From assembly GCF_002105155.1 (NCBI RefSeq), contig NW_019029000.1:496001-560000 (forward strand): a stretch of DNA of 64,000 bases, written 5' to 3'. The notes under the pieces are model-generated. The model worked only from the letters and a program-made list of their open reading frames with translations, searched no databases and was not told the DNA's origin. Of the stretch, positions 52,345-64,000 are shown piece after piece (position 1 is the first letter of the stretch; each line of letters begins with the position of its first letter). The stretch is from Lobosporangium transversale. Its lineage: Eukaryota. The position numbers and the translations under genes are program-made.

Positions 52345-54311
52345 GCTTACCGCATAGTGGAAAAGGGTAGAGAGAGTGTTGCCTTGTAGGAAGACCCGCA
52401 TCTGGAATGCATTGCTCGGTATGAACATTGCCTTTCGCGAGGCAACTCCTACACCAAGAAGACCATCGAATCCCTTCATGGCATACAAATAGCCTTGTAG
52501 TCCCCGTCCTTCCAAGATCAATGGATAACTCTTGGAGATATCCACACCTTTCAACTCCAACTTGCGCAGGATAGAGCCGTTGAGCCTGACGGATTTCCTT
52601 TGCTGCTGCTCCAAAGTAGCTTTGGTAGCGGTATTTGTCTTGAACTCGTTGATGGCGATTTCGATCCACTCGTCCAACTTCGTCTTGACGTGTATATCTA
52701 CTTTTCGCCCAACTATATTCTTGGTTGTTTTACCAAAGAAATTCTCGACAAATACCCGGGCGTCCTTGGATGCCTCGCATCCCAACTCTCCTCTAAGAGT
52801 GGATAAAGCGACGATACAGTTAGCAGGCATATAGATGTACTTTATATAAAAAGAAGAAAAAAGAGTTTGATGGGTTTAAATTCTTCAACCAAAGTGAAGT
52901 ACAGTGTAAATAAAGTGAAGAAGGGTACACAATAGGATTTATGCAATTAAACACGGTAGGAATATACATGGTATGTTTTTGAGCATTTTTACCGTTTAAA
53001 TGTAAGACTGGCTGATGAGCTTTTGCACATCTCGTCAGTTCTATTACATAAAATTCAGTAGAATGTTGAAAAACTTGGTTGATACCATGTATATTGAACA
53101 GAGCCTCATTCATTATAATTCCAGAGCGTCCTGTCTTCCATACTGGCTCTACTGGCTCTGTGCTGGTCATGGATCGATGCCCTCATAACATGTAGATTAG
53201 TAAACAAGTATCAAAAGGAGACATGATATACTACAATGCTTTATGTTAGAAATGTAGGTGTGAAACGCCTCTATCGGACAGCTAAGATTTCTATGTATTT
53301 TTACCCTGACCGAATGATCCTGAGTGTCTCTTTAGAGCATCCGTATCCTGAATTCTATCCTGACCAAAACCTGATTCTGATCCCGTATGCCTCTTTAAAG
53401 CAAACCACTATACAAAATAACGAAGAAACAAGAACACATGAAAGTATACGCAAAGATGAGAAAATATGTAGACACTTACATAAAAGGCCTCAGGTCTTTC
53501 CCTCCAAAGAGAATCCCTAATATCACCGCCCATGGCAAAACTGATGCCGCCTCTGAGAGAGGAAGAGAAAGTTGCTCAGTTCTTATTAATGAAATAAGAA
53601 AGTCAAGTATCTCCAACGCTTTCTCTTTAACAGTGCTGGTTGGACTGCCCTTTCTTCGACACTTTATAACATCAACTAGATGGCCCAATACCTCAACCTT
53701 CAGAGCTTCCAAGTCGGGCAAATCCTCATCACTCCCCATTGACTCTAGCAACAAAAGCTGCAATTCTTGGAGCTCATCAATCGGCGTAGAAAGATGAGGG
53801 TGGAGACACTCTTTCTTCACAGTTTTGGCAAGGTCGACTCCAGCTGGGGTGTCCTGAACTGTGTTGACGATGCCGGAAACCGCCACTCTATGTTCAATAT
53901 TTGTATAATGTGGAAGGTTAGTTTGAATAATGGCAGCATACAAAAAATAGGAGATTAAAGAATACATACAAGGCCTTTTTGCCTTTAGGATCGGAGTTCC
54001 CAGCTAACAATCCGTAGGCGTAATTGTACAGCTGCTCAAAGTCTAGCGATGGGTGGTCGACTTTATTGGTAGGGAGTTCGACATCCCTGCCATCTGCCTT
54101 AATTATATAAAAAGAAAAGGAAGAAAAAAAAAAGGAAAATGATTAGATTAAAGTCTAAAATTGACTAGGTCATTTACAAATATTCATACCTTGTCAAAAA
54201 TAAACTTGACCAAATCCCCAAATGGCAGAAAAAGAGCACTGTCATTCTCCAGCTCTGGCTCCGAATCTGATTCTAACTCTGATTCTGATTCGGATTCTGA
54301 TTCTGATTCTG

Positions 54312-54360
<49 letters not shown>

Positions 54361-54403
54361 CTCTGACTCTGATTCTTTAGATTTTAAAGTTGTAAGAATA
54401 TGG

Positions 54404-54479
<76 letters not shown>

Positions 54480-55094
54480 TACTTGGCAATCGCTCACCAT
54501 TATGTATGCTGCCTGTTGTTATAGTTATGGCTGTAGGTGTTGTTGTAGATGTCGTTGTAGATGTCGTTGTAGATGCTGTTGCAGATGTCATTGTTGATAG
54601 CTCTATCAGGTAAAAAGTATGAGTGTTCATGAAATGGGTCTCTGCAGGGCAACAACATGTGCATGATGAGCGTCCCGAAAACATACCTGTATTGAATCGT
54701 TCTTCGACTATCTTTGTATGCATGTGTGATGCAGCAAGCTCTTGCCGTGATATATTGGCAAGGAGTTTGTTGCCATGCTCTCTCTAGAAACAAATACAGA
54801 AGATAAATTAGTCTTATAACAAAGTGGCCCATGTGGCGAATTGACCTACTGTACCTCTTGAAGTTCTTTATCGACTATTTTCTCGAGCTCCATTGGTGTA
54901 TACTTGCGAAGTGCTTTATATAATTGACGCTTCTCTTGTGATGGGTGCTGTTGTAGGTAGCTCAAGGCGGCTCCACACCATATTTCGATTATGCGATCTT
55001 TTCGGTATATGTCAGAAAAACGCTTCATGAACGATACCAGTGAGATATCACGGGCTGCTGTTTCTTCGAGATATTCCTTCAAGCCAGGCAACAT
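52052..55094 (-). CDS. Apparently intact ~7-exon gene for a protein with a C-terminal PD-(D/E)xK restriction-endonuclease-like domain
   Basis: GT-AG junctions restore one frame (G|AG, A|AA, TT|A, AT|A). Motif string GELGCEASK...GRKVDI...EIAINEFK...QQQRKSVRLNGSIL is typical of REase-fold proteins expanded in early-diverging fungi. Confidence 0.75.
54311..54364 (+). repeat. (GGCTCT)n hexamer repeat encoding a Glu-Pro tract on the minus strand
   Basis: Direct reading, about 9 copies, flanked by degenerate (GATTCT)n. Confidence 0.9.
54407..54475 (+). repeat. (AAT)23 microsatellite inside an intron of the nuclease-like gene
   Basis: Direct reading. Confidence 0.95.
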
Positions 55095-55194
55095 TGCGCG
55101 TTCAGAGATCTAAAATCATGGAAAAAGGAAATATCAGGCACTACAAGTTCGCCATATTGCATCTTCGCGAGTAATCATGTACTGAGGACCGATG

Positions 55195-55740
55195 TGAATG
55201 ATTTGACCAAGTGAAGGTACGCCGTCGTTTAACACCAGAAGCAACGCTACCGGCACCCGACGCATTTCACCAGCATGCCTCTTGTCATAGGAAGATGGTG
55301 GCTAAGCTCTAAGAGCAGTACGTGGGCCAGCTTCACACATCCCCGAACCGTATGAAATGGCACGAGAGTGTGCATAACCATTCACAAGATTGTTCCCAAA
55401 TGTCTGACCAAGAGAGATGGGAGTCCCGTCCAGTCAAATCATGTGTAAAAAAAAGAGGTAGAACGAGATTTTTATAACAGGAGTCAATATGAATGATTTG
55501 ACCAAGTGAAGGTACGCCGTCGTTTAACACCAGAAGCAACGCTACCGGCACCCGACGCATTTCACCAGCATGCCTCTTGTCATAGGAAGATGGTGGCTAA
55601 GCTCTAAGAGCAGTACGTGGGCCAGCTTCACACATCCCCGAACCGTATGAAATGGCACGAGAGTGTGCATAACCATTCACAAGATTGTTCCCAAATGTCT
55701 GACCAAGAGAGATGGGAGTCCCGTCCAGTCAAATCATGTG
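55195..55740. repeat. Two identical 251-bp direct repeats (55195-55445 and 55490-55740) separated by a 44-bp spacer
   Basis: Base-by-base comparison by eye found no mismatch; period 295 bp. Confidence 0.97.
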
Positions 55741-56535
55741 AGGGAGGAAAAGAGATGGAAATGCGTTTTTTCGGTCGTCTTTGAAAATACTTAACTTTGA
55801 TTATGTGCTACGGGAGGAGATTAGGATCAATGTTAGTTGCTTTGGTTTGCGATATGATGTTAGCGGGCGTGAGCGGTTTAAATGTTATTGTTTTCTGAGA
55901 GGCGCGTTGTAAAAGGAAGTGAAGACAAAAGATAAATTATTATTATTACAGGCCTTTCATTGCGTCTGAAAGAGCAAGTGACATTTGCCTTTCACGTACA
56001 TGTGCACTTCGTCCTCAGGCTAGTGACTAGCCTAACTGTAACACGCGTAATCAAGATTCGTATAGGAATCAAATGGAGATGCTGCGCGAAAATGATGAGA
56101 GTAGCTTAAAAAAAATTGTGCCAGGTATAAAGGCTCTGCCATTCCTCGGAAACAAAGAAACCTAATAATTCCAGATAACACAGCTCTTTAATATTGCTTA
56201 AACGAAGTGGCACCATTAAGAGTTTTAAGAGCTATAGTTTGCACCCTTGACTAAAGAGGGACCTAGTCTAGGTTAGGCCCAAAGACATCACAGTTTGGTA
56301 TTAATTAAGCAGTGCAAGATATGAGGTTTTTAATTGAAAATAAAAAAGGAATGTTTAACTGAGGTGAGTTGCCCCATTTTAACGTTTTTTTGTCACTTAT
56401 TTCGAAGCTCTAATATTTCGCTTTACTTTTTACATCAAAATGAAAATGAAGAACGTTTACAACGGTCTCTCTTTTTTTCTTAAAAGGGTGCAAAATGACA
56501 AGATTCAAGATTCGCAACGGTTCCACCCACGCGGG

Positions 56536-56724
56536 TTATGTGTTTTCAAACCTCATATATACTGGGCTCGCTGCCAAAGACGCCATTGCATTCGTAAGGG
56601 AGATAAGGCTTGCACCGTAGTATAGTCCTCTCTTGTTAATCTGGCAGATATAGTCGGCTTCACTAGAAGACATGAAAAAGAGAGCAACCAAAGTGATAGC
56701 AAGGATAGCCTGGAAGACCTTCAT
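56536..56724 (-). CDS. Small secreted peptide (62 aa), possibly frameshifted
   Basis: Clear signal peptide MKVFQAILAITLVALFFMSSSEA|; TATA-like TTTATATTATAA about 100 bp upstream. Confidence 0.6.
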   Translation of the reverse strand: MKVFQAILAITLVALFFMSSSEADYICQINKRGLYYGASLISLTNAMASLAASPVYMRFENT

Positions 56725-57651
56725 TTTGAGGCAAGTGAGAGGAGTTGGAAGTAAAGGTGTTGTAGCTTATGGGTACTTTATGATGAGCTGAGGGTGTAGG
56801 TCAATAGCTTTGTCTTTCAGCCCTCTTATAATATAAAGCGCAAAAGACAATAATGTGAGTTATGAAGGGAAGAGTACGGCTTTGGAAAACAGATATATAC
56901 ACACATTAATTCTGCTGTTGATGATTCTGATGTGCTTGGCTCTAAGCTAAGTAAAGAGGGTCGATGTACTTTTTAGCAATATTCTGTTCCACTGTTGTGC
57001 CAACCATTGTTCCTTGAAACCCTTCTCCATTCCCTGGTTGCACTTGTATTTTCTCAGTTTTGATAACGAGGTTATTGATCTGTATTTATTGTGACAATAT
57101 CCTTTGGTGTGCCTTTTGCATGGTTTTTCCTCTCTCGCTAATCTCAGACCTAAGTTTCTCCCAACCAGAGTCTCTCGATGGTAGAAAGTTAAAAGGACTG
57201 CTTAAAGTGAAGGTTTGCTTTATAAAGCCAGGACCATGTAGATCCAATTGGTATCAATCACTCAAGGTACCTTTTGACGACCATAGTGGAACATGCGCGC
57301 ATGGAATCACGCTCACATTAACCTTTTTTCCTCTTTAAACTAGAAAAATGACAGCCAATCTCTTTTTCGTGTGCAAAACAATAATGTGAAGAAGGACAGG
57401 AGAAGGAGCTTCTTCTATCCTTTTGTTTTTCTCTTTTTGCGCTCTTCTTTATTGAGAAAGTATAATATCTACCTTTTATTTAAAGGTTTGAGCATTATAA
57501 TTAAAATGGATCTTCCTACCTGTCGAAGTTAACAGTAATTGAAGATTAGAGTATGTCAAGGTGATGGGGTATAAAGGTACAAAAGGAGATCTCCTTCCCT
57601 CTAGCATGCAAAGAAAAAAAAACCTCGAACGTCGTCCTATAGTCTTGAATC

Positions 57652-57688
<37 letters not shown>

Positions 57689-58917
57689 TTTGGTCAGCAT
57701 CAAACTTATCGAACAATTAAGAACCAAGCTTTCTGTCATAGAAGATAAAACAGAGATAAGAATCATCCCATCAGATAAGATCAAGTTATTTTATTTTTTT
57801 TCCTCTTAATAAGAGGGAAAAAAAAGATCATCGCAACAACGTCTGGGACTAAACTCTTCAACGGTCCGTTTTGTTCAACACATTCAGACGGTTTTTTTCG
57901 TAAATCTTGAATAAACAAAAAAAAAAAAGATACATTGTCAAACAGAATATGAAGAAAAAACTAAACCATCGCCACTTGACGTGATAAAAAAAAGGCGCCC
58001 CTTTTCCAGAGTATAGTTGGTTTAACGGCTAATAAGCTCATTAACCTGAAAAACAAAAACTTCAGCATCTAGAACTTGAAGGACCCAACAGCACCTCATT
58101 ATCGTGTTTGGCGTTTGCCTAATGATTTTGTTTTTTCTTTTCACCTTCCTTTTCTCTCTCTTTCTTTGGTAGTCTCCAAGCTCTACACAAAAAAAAAACA
58201 CGTTGATGTTGTTCAAAAGGAGTGTGAATGCTGAAGAGATCCAATGCATTGTATTTTTTAGCTCGGTTGCCCATGTATCATCACACGGTAGATGTATCTC
58301 TCTTATATCTTTCATATTATTCATATTACAAATCTTTTGTGCTAAACTTTCTGCAGTCCAAGTTCTGGTGACTTACCGGGGAGTTTATAGGCCCAAGCCA
58401 ACAATCAGGAGCTCAAGTTACGGAAAAGGCTTAAGTGTTTAGCATCTCCCGTCGAATGACAATTGATCGACTTTGCCTAATCCGTAAAGCCTTCTGATCC
58501 ATTGAAAAAGGAGGCGCTCACATGTTAAATCGACAAATAGTGAATGATGCTAAATGATAGATACTTCTTGTTTATGTCCTAATTCCTGCCATTGTGATCG
58601 TCAGACCATGTAAACATTAATCCTCTCCAACGTCTCTAGTAGCCTTCGTATTGGCCATAACAATTTCGCGGATTTTGAGTGTGAGAAAGAGTTTAAACTG
58701 ACAGAGAAAAACGCTTTTAAAGTGGTGTGCGAAATCAAAGCCACTTTCCAGAGCCAACTGTCATGAGCACAAAAAAAAAGAGCTGACAAGTTGGATAAAA
58801 CATGAATAAAATTACTCCTCATTCCTCACTCTACACATTTATTGACACGAACCGAAAAAGAAAGATTGGAAGAAAGAAAGGGGAAAAAAAAATACTACTA
58901 ACTTGTTGGGATGAAAA

Positions 58918-60403
<1,486 letters not shown>

Positions 60404-60961
60404 TTAAAGTCGATGGGATAAAAAAAGAGTAGAGGAGAGGTGATGATGGTAGGAAAAAAAGAAAAAAACTCAGATGATGGAAACAAGAGGAATAAGAGAG
60501 GCCAGAGTCAGGACCGCACAATTCCAATGCAAAAAATTTGTGGCAGGAGGGGAATTATTTTAATCGTATGTGTTACACACCATGAATTGCTTTTTTTTTC
60601 CATGTCTGGATACAAGAACGGCTATGCGAACTTCTATTTGTATTAACCTATGCTCATTCAGGTTATTAAGCTATAATCTAGAGCTTCTCAATATTAAAAC
60701 CATGTAGAAAGACATACATAAATGGAAAAACTTGATTGTATAGACGCTAAAATGTGCTTAAAACAACTGACTATGTGTTTATTTTATTCGCTCGATCAAT
60801 TCAAGCATAAGATGGAGTGGTGCAATATCTATCGTCGTGGTGGAGATCAAGAAAAGGTTTAAAAAAGACCTGATCACAGGAGAGAAAAGAAAAAATGATA
60901 CCCAGGTAAGGGAATGACAAAGAATGGGAGAAAACATGGTGGAAGTATTGGTCATGTACTT

Positions 60962-61570
60962 TTAAGCATCCTCCACATCATCTGTTTTCTCCTTACGAGA
61001 GGGACCCAGAGCAGACCAACGGGTCTTAGTCTAATTATATTCAAAGTTGGCGAGATGGATGATGGGTTAGCTTCAATTCAATCATATGCTCTGCCATCTT
61101 ATTCTATCTCTCTTAATTCATAAAATTGAAAAAAATATCCTTATGATTCCTAAAGTGACTCTAAGCATATCCTTTGATGTATCCATTGATTTGATTCCTG
61201 AAATGAACAAAAAAAAAAGTGTAATTTGCTGCTTGTTTTAATATGGCATATGGCCTGTTTTCTGCTACGTCAGACTCCTGCAAAAATAACTAGCATAAGC
61301 TGAAATCGCCTTCTTTTTCCAGTAATAGTGATACTTTTGTTCCTGATGTTAGAATATATGGGTGTTGGAGGACAATAGAGGCGGACAGATTGAGGGCTTG
61401 CTCCTTACCTCGTATTCGCTGGCAAGGTAGTAAAGACCGGCAGGAATCACAAGTCCGAGAATGCCTACATTACGGAGATTACGGCCGTTCCAGCGAAAGT
61501 ACTTTGCGGTCGATTCGCGCATACGCACCCACTTCTCAATAGCGGGATCAGGAGTCAAGTATCCACCCAT
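60962..61570 (-). CDS. NDUFB4: Complex I accessory subunit NDUFB4/B15-like; exons 61570-61409 and 61030-60962
   Basis: DPAIEKWVRMRESTAKYFRW followed by one TM helix; phase-0 intron to TKTRWSALGPSRKEKTDDVEDA*. Confidence 0.8.
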
Positions 61571-61793
61571 GGCTTTAATATATGATGTTGTGCTTGAATG
61601 CAAATGAAATTGAAAAGTAAAAAACGCCGATGAATGTCGGATTCACCAAAGATGATTTTGTCCGAAATTGTATAAATAACGTCACCGTAACAAGTCATTC
61701 ATGTAGATGCAACGGCATATTGAGAGAGCATTAGAGCATTCCTCTATTACCTTGTTCCATCGCTCTCTTTACACAGGAAAATCTTCAAGAACC

Positions 61794-62805
61794 ATGTCAG
61801 CGCCAAACTCCAGCGGATCAGCAACCACAGCACCTGCTGTCGCCTCTATTCACCAGCTTCCATTAGGTAAAGGGCCTGTTTGGATTCATCTCAGTGATGC
61901 CGACACAAAAGTACACAAACGGGAATAATATTTTTCGCGCGGATATCCTTTACAAATGGATATCGTTGGATATACCCTCAAGGAACACCTCAAAAATGAT
62001 ATATGGCAAAACTACCATCATGATCTAATTATTGTTGCCAAGCTATATTTTATTCCTGTACAGTTGACTTATATTAACCAGGACCTATTGAACCTGTGTG
62101 TTCACAAACGGCCAACATTAACAGAGACTATGTGAATACATAAAGAGATCAATATAACCTAATCCCCTCTTGTTGGAATAAATAAGATCAGCCATATCGA
62201 TATAATCACGTATCTCAGGGAGGAGAGCTGGCATAATATGGAAAACACTGTTCGATTCACTGCTAGATGAAATAATCCAAATGAGCGTAAAGACGGTCTT
62301 AAGTAACCAAAGGATTGTTTTTTTCTTCTTGCTTGGATATCTCTATCGGCCTCTAGAGCTAATTGACTCCTGCATTGGCTCCAAGATCTGGGTTATCATG
62401 AAGTCAGAGAAGGAGTTTACTGGCACGCTCAAGCTCTTTGACGATTATGTCAACATGGTTCTGGAAGATGTTACAGAATAGTAAGTGATGGTGGAGAACT
62501 GTAAGATGTACAGGAATTAACAAAAGAAGCATTATCAATTGACCGAGGTTTCTCATCTTGACACTTTGGACGCCCTTGTCGCTTGTAACCAATCGGATTC
62601 ATTTTAGTGAGAACACACCAGAAGGAATGAAAACTACAAAGTTGGAACAGATCCTCTTGAACGGCAACCATATTTGCATGGTAAAAAAAAAGGGAAAAAA
62701 AAGCCCCCCTTTCATTTTGTTTTATAATGCCATCCATATTAACTTTTTGTGTGTAAATTTTATCTTTGCGCATAGTTGATTCCTGGTGGAGAAGGCCCTC
62801 AGTAG
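61794..62805 (+). CDS. LSM5: U6 snRNA-associated Sm-like protein LSm5; exons 61794-61866, 62357-62480, 62608-62680, 62776-62805
   Basis: [43 protein letters not shown]...[18 protein letters not shown]. Confidence 0.94.
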
Positions 62806-62896
62806 AAAACGTGTTTTATAAAATTAAAATCATACAAAATTTGTACATGAAATGAAAATGCTTTATTTAAATATTTAATCTATTAATCACCTATTG

Positions 62897-63193
62897 TTAC
62901 TCAACAATTTGAAGTTCCTGCGTACGACCAGCAGCATACTTGTCTTTATAACGATCCCAGATACCCAAAAGTGCATCAATATACTTCTTTTGCAATTCTT
63001 TGAGTTGCTCTTCCGTAGGTGAACCTTCAACTTTCTCGACATGGATAGGTTTTCCAATTACAATGTGAACAGGTTTCCTCCTTGGAAGGACTCCAAATTC
63101 ATCTGTGAAGGTGAGAAAAAAAAAAAAAAAAAAAAAATAGCTTAGATAAATTCCCATGCATATACTGGAATCACTCAAAGTCGTATGGTCATG

Positions 63194-63228
<35 letters not shown>

Positions 63229-64000
63229 GAATAATGTAAAAACTTACAGTTAAAGACACCACGACCATTAAACAAGGGCATTGTCCAACCCAGGACCCTC
63301 TTCATCGCTTGTTGAACTTTGTAAGTTTTGCTCTTGTTGTCGGCACCGTAGAGTTCATACAAGTCATTTTCACCAAATGCCAAAGTTGGAACTAAACTTG
63401 CTCTGCATGCGCCAAAAATAAAATAAAAAAAATGAAACATGTCCAAAATTAGCAATCGTGAGAAGTAACAAAAAAAAAAAAAAAAAAAAAAAAAAACAGC
63501 TTGATCGAGTAATTTACCCGTTAACTAAAGCTAGCTTAATAAAGCCCAGTCGCTTTTTGAGGGTCAGATCTATTGTTCCAGGCTTAGCAGCCAATGACTC
63601 TTGAGCACCACCAACCACAATCGCGATCGAGCTTCCCGGACCCATCTTTAAGATGTTTTCACATGATCCCTTTGAGACCGAGGCCAAACCAAGTGCCATG
63701 ATCATGTCGCGATAGATTGGAAAAGTAAAGTTGGTTTGCAGTGTCAACAGACGGATGTTGATCCCAGGAAATCGTTTCGAAAAGTTGAGTGCTTCACTTC
63801 CAAAGGTGGCAATCGCACCCAATGAAATGATTCCATGAGGATGGTACCCAAAAATGTAGTTTTTAGATGGATCTAAATCACTTTCCTATTAATACACAAT
63901 GATAAAATAGGACAATAAGCAACAAACCGGTGATGCTGAAAAGAAAAAAGCATTGTGATGCAATAATTCTTTGTACGACAAGAATGTAAGAATTTATTAC
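62897..64000 (-). CDS. DGA1: Diacylglycerol O-acyltransferase, DGAT2 family; 5' end outside the window
   Basis: FGYHPHG, VVGGAQESL, RLGFIKLA, LVPTLAFGENDLY and GVLPRRKPVHIVIGKPI. Confidence 0.94.

Noticed and set aside
54161..54723. Poly-Asn (plus) and poly-Leu (minus) ORFs
   Set aside because: Produced by the intronic (AAT)n repeat and the antisense of the Glu-Pro tract.
55195..55740. 251-bp repeats as retrotransposon LTRs or a CRISPR array
   Set aside because: Only 44 bp between copies, no PBS/PPT or target-site duplication seen; unit size and eukaryotic context rule out CRISPR.
56017..56280. CTAG-containing palindromes (AGGCTAGT-G-ACTAGCCT and ACCTAG-T-CTAGGT) as the Helitron 3' end
   Set aside because: The geometry does not match a GC-rich hairpin followed ~10-12 nt later by CTRR|T, so the 3' end is left unassigned.
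62096..62200. Hairpin TGTGTTCACA...TGTGAATACA in LSM5 intron 1 as an H/ACA snoRNA
   Set aside because: Only one short stem; no convincing second hairpin or ACA box.

Overview
Eukaryotic, intron-rich fungal DNA. The gene content, a Mortierella-type LPAAT and Crinkler-type relics suggest Mortierellaceae; the many 20-35 nt poly(A)/poly(T) tracts recall Lobosporangium. This taxonomy is inference. Conserved genes reconstructed by hand from GT-AG splicing are a hybrid histidine kinase (5' partial), a Sel1-repeat Dsf2/Nif1-like protein, a low-complexity hypothetical protein, a G-alpha subunit, a Cys-rich single-pass membrane protein, LPAAT, acyl-CoA oxidase, RPL12, a CCCH zinc-finger protein, PIK1, ARF1, NDUFB4, LSM5 and DGAT2 (5' partial). 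Two regions stand out. (1) 37.0-46.3 kb holds three intronless Myb-repeat paralogues whose N-termini look like mitochondrial presequences. They are packed head-to-tail between PIK1 and the CCCH gene with 106-200 bp spacers, an operon-like arrangement. (2) About 47.3-58.8 kb is an accessory island between PIK1 and ARF1. It contains a Crinkler pseudogene, a decayed Helitron invisible in the ORF track, an apparently intact 7-exon PD-(D/E)xK nuclease-like gene, a perfect 251-bp direct repeat and a small secreted peptide gene. A second decayed CRN-type gene lies at about 24-27.6 kb. No tRNA, rRNA or CRISPR array could be supported. All family assignments come from motif recognition, not database searches.
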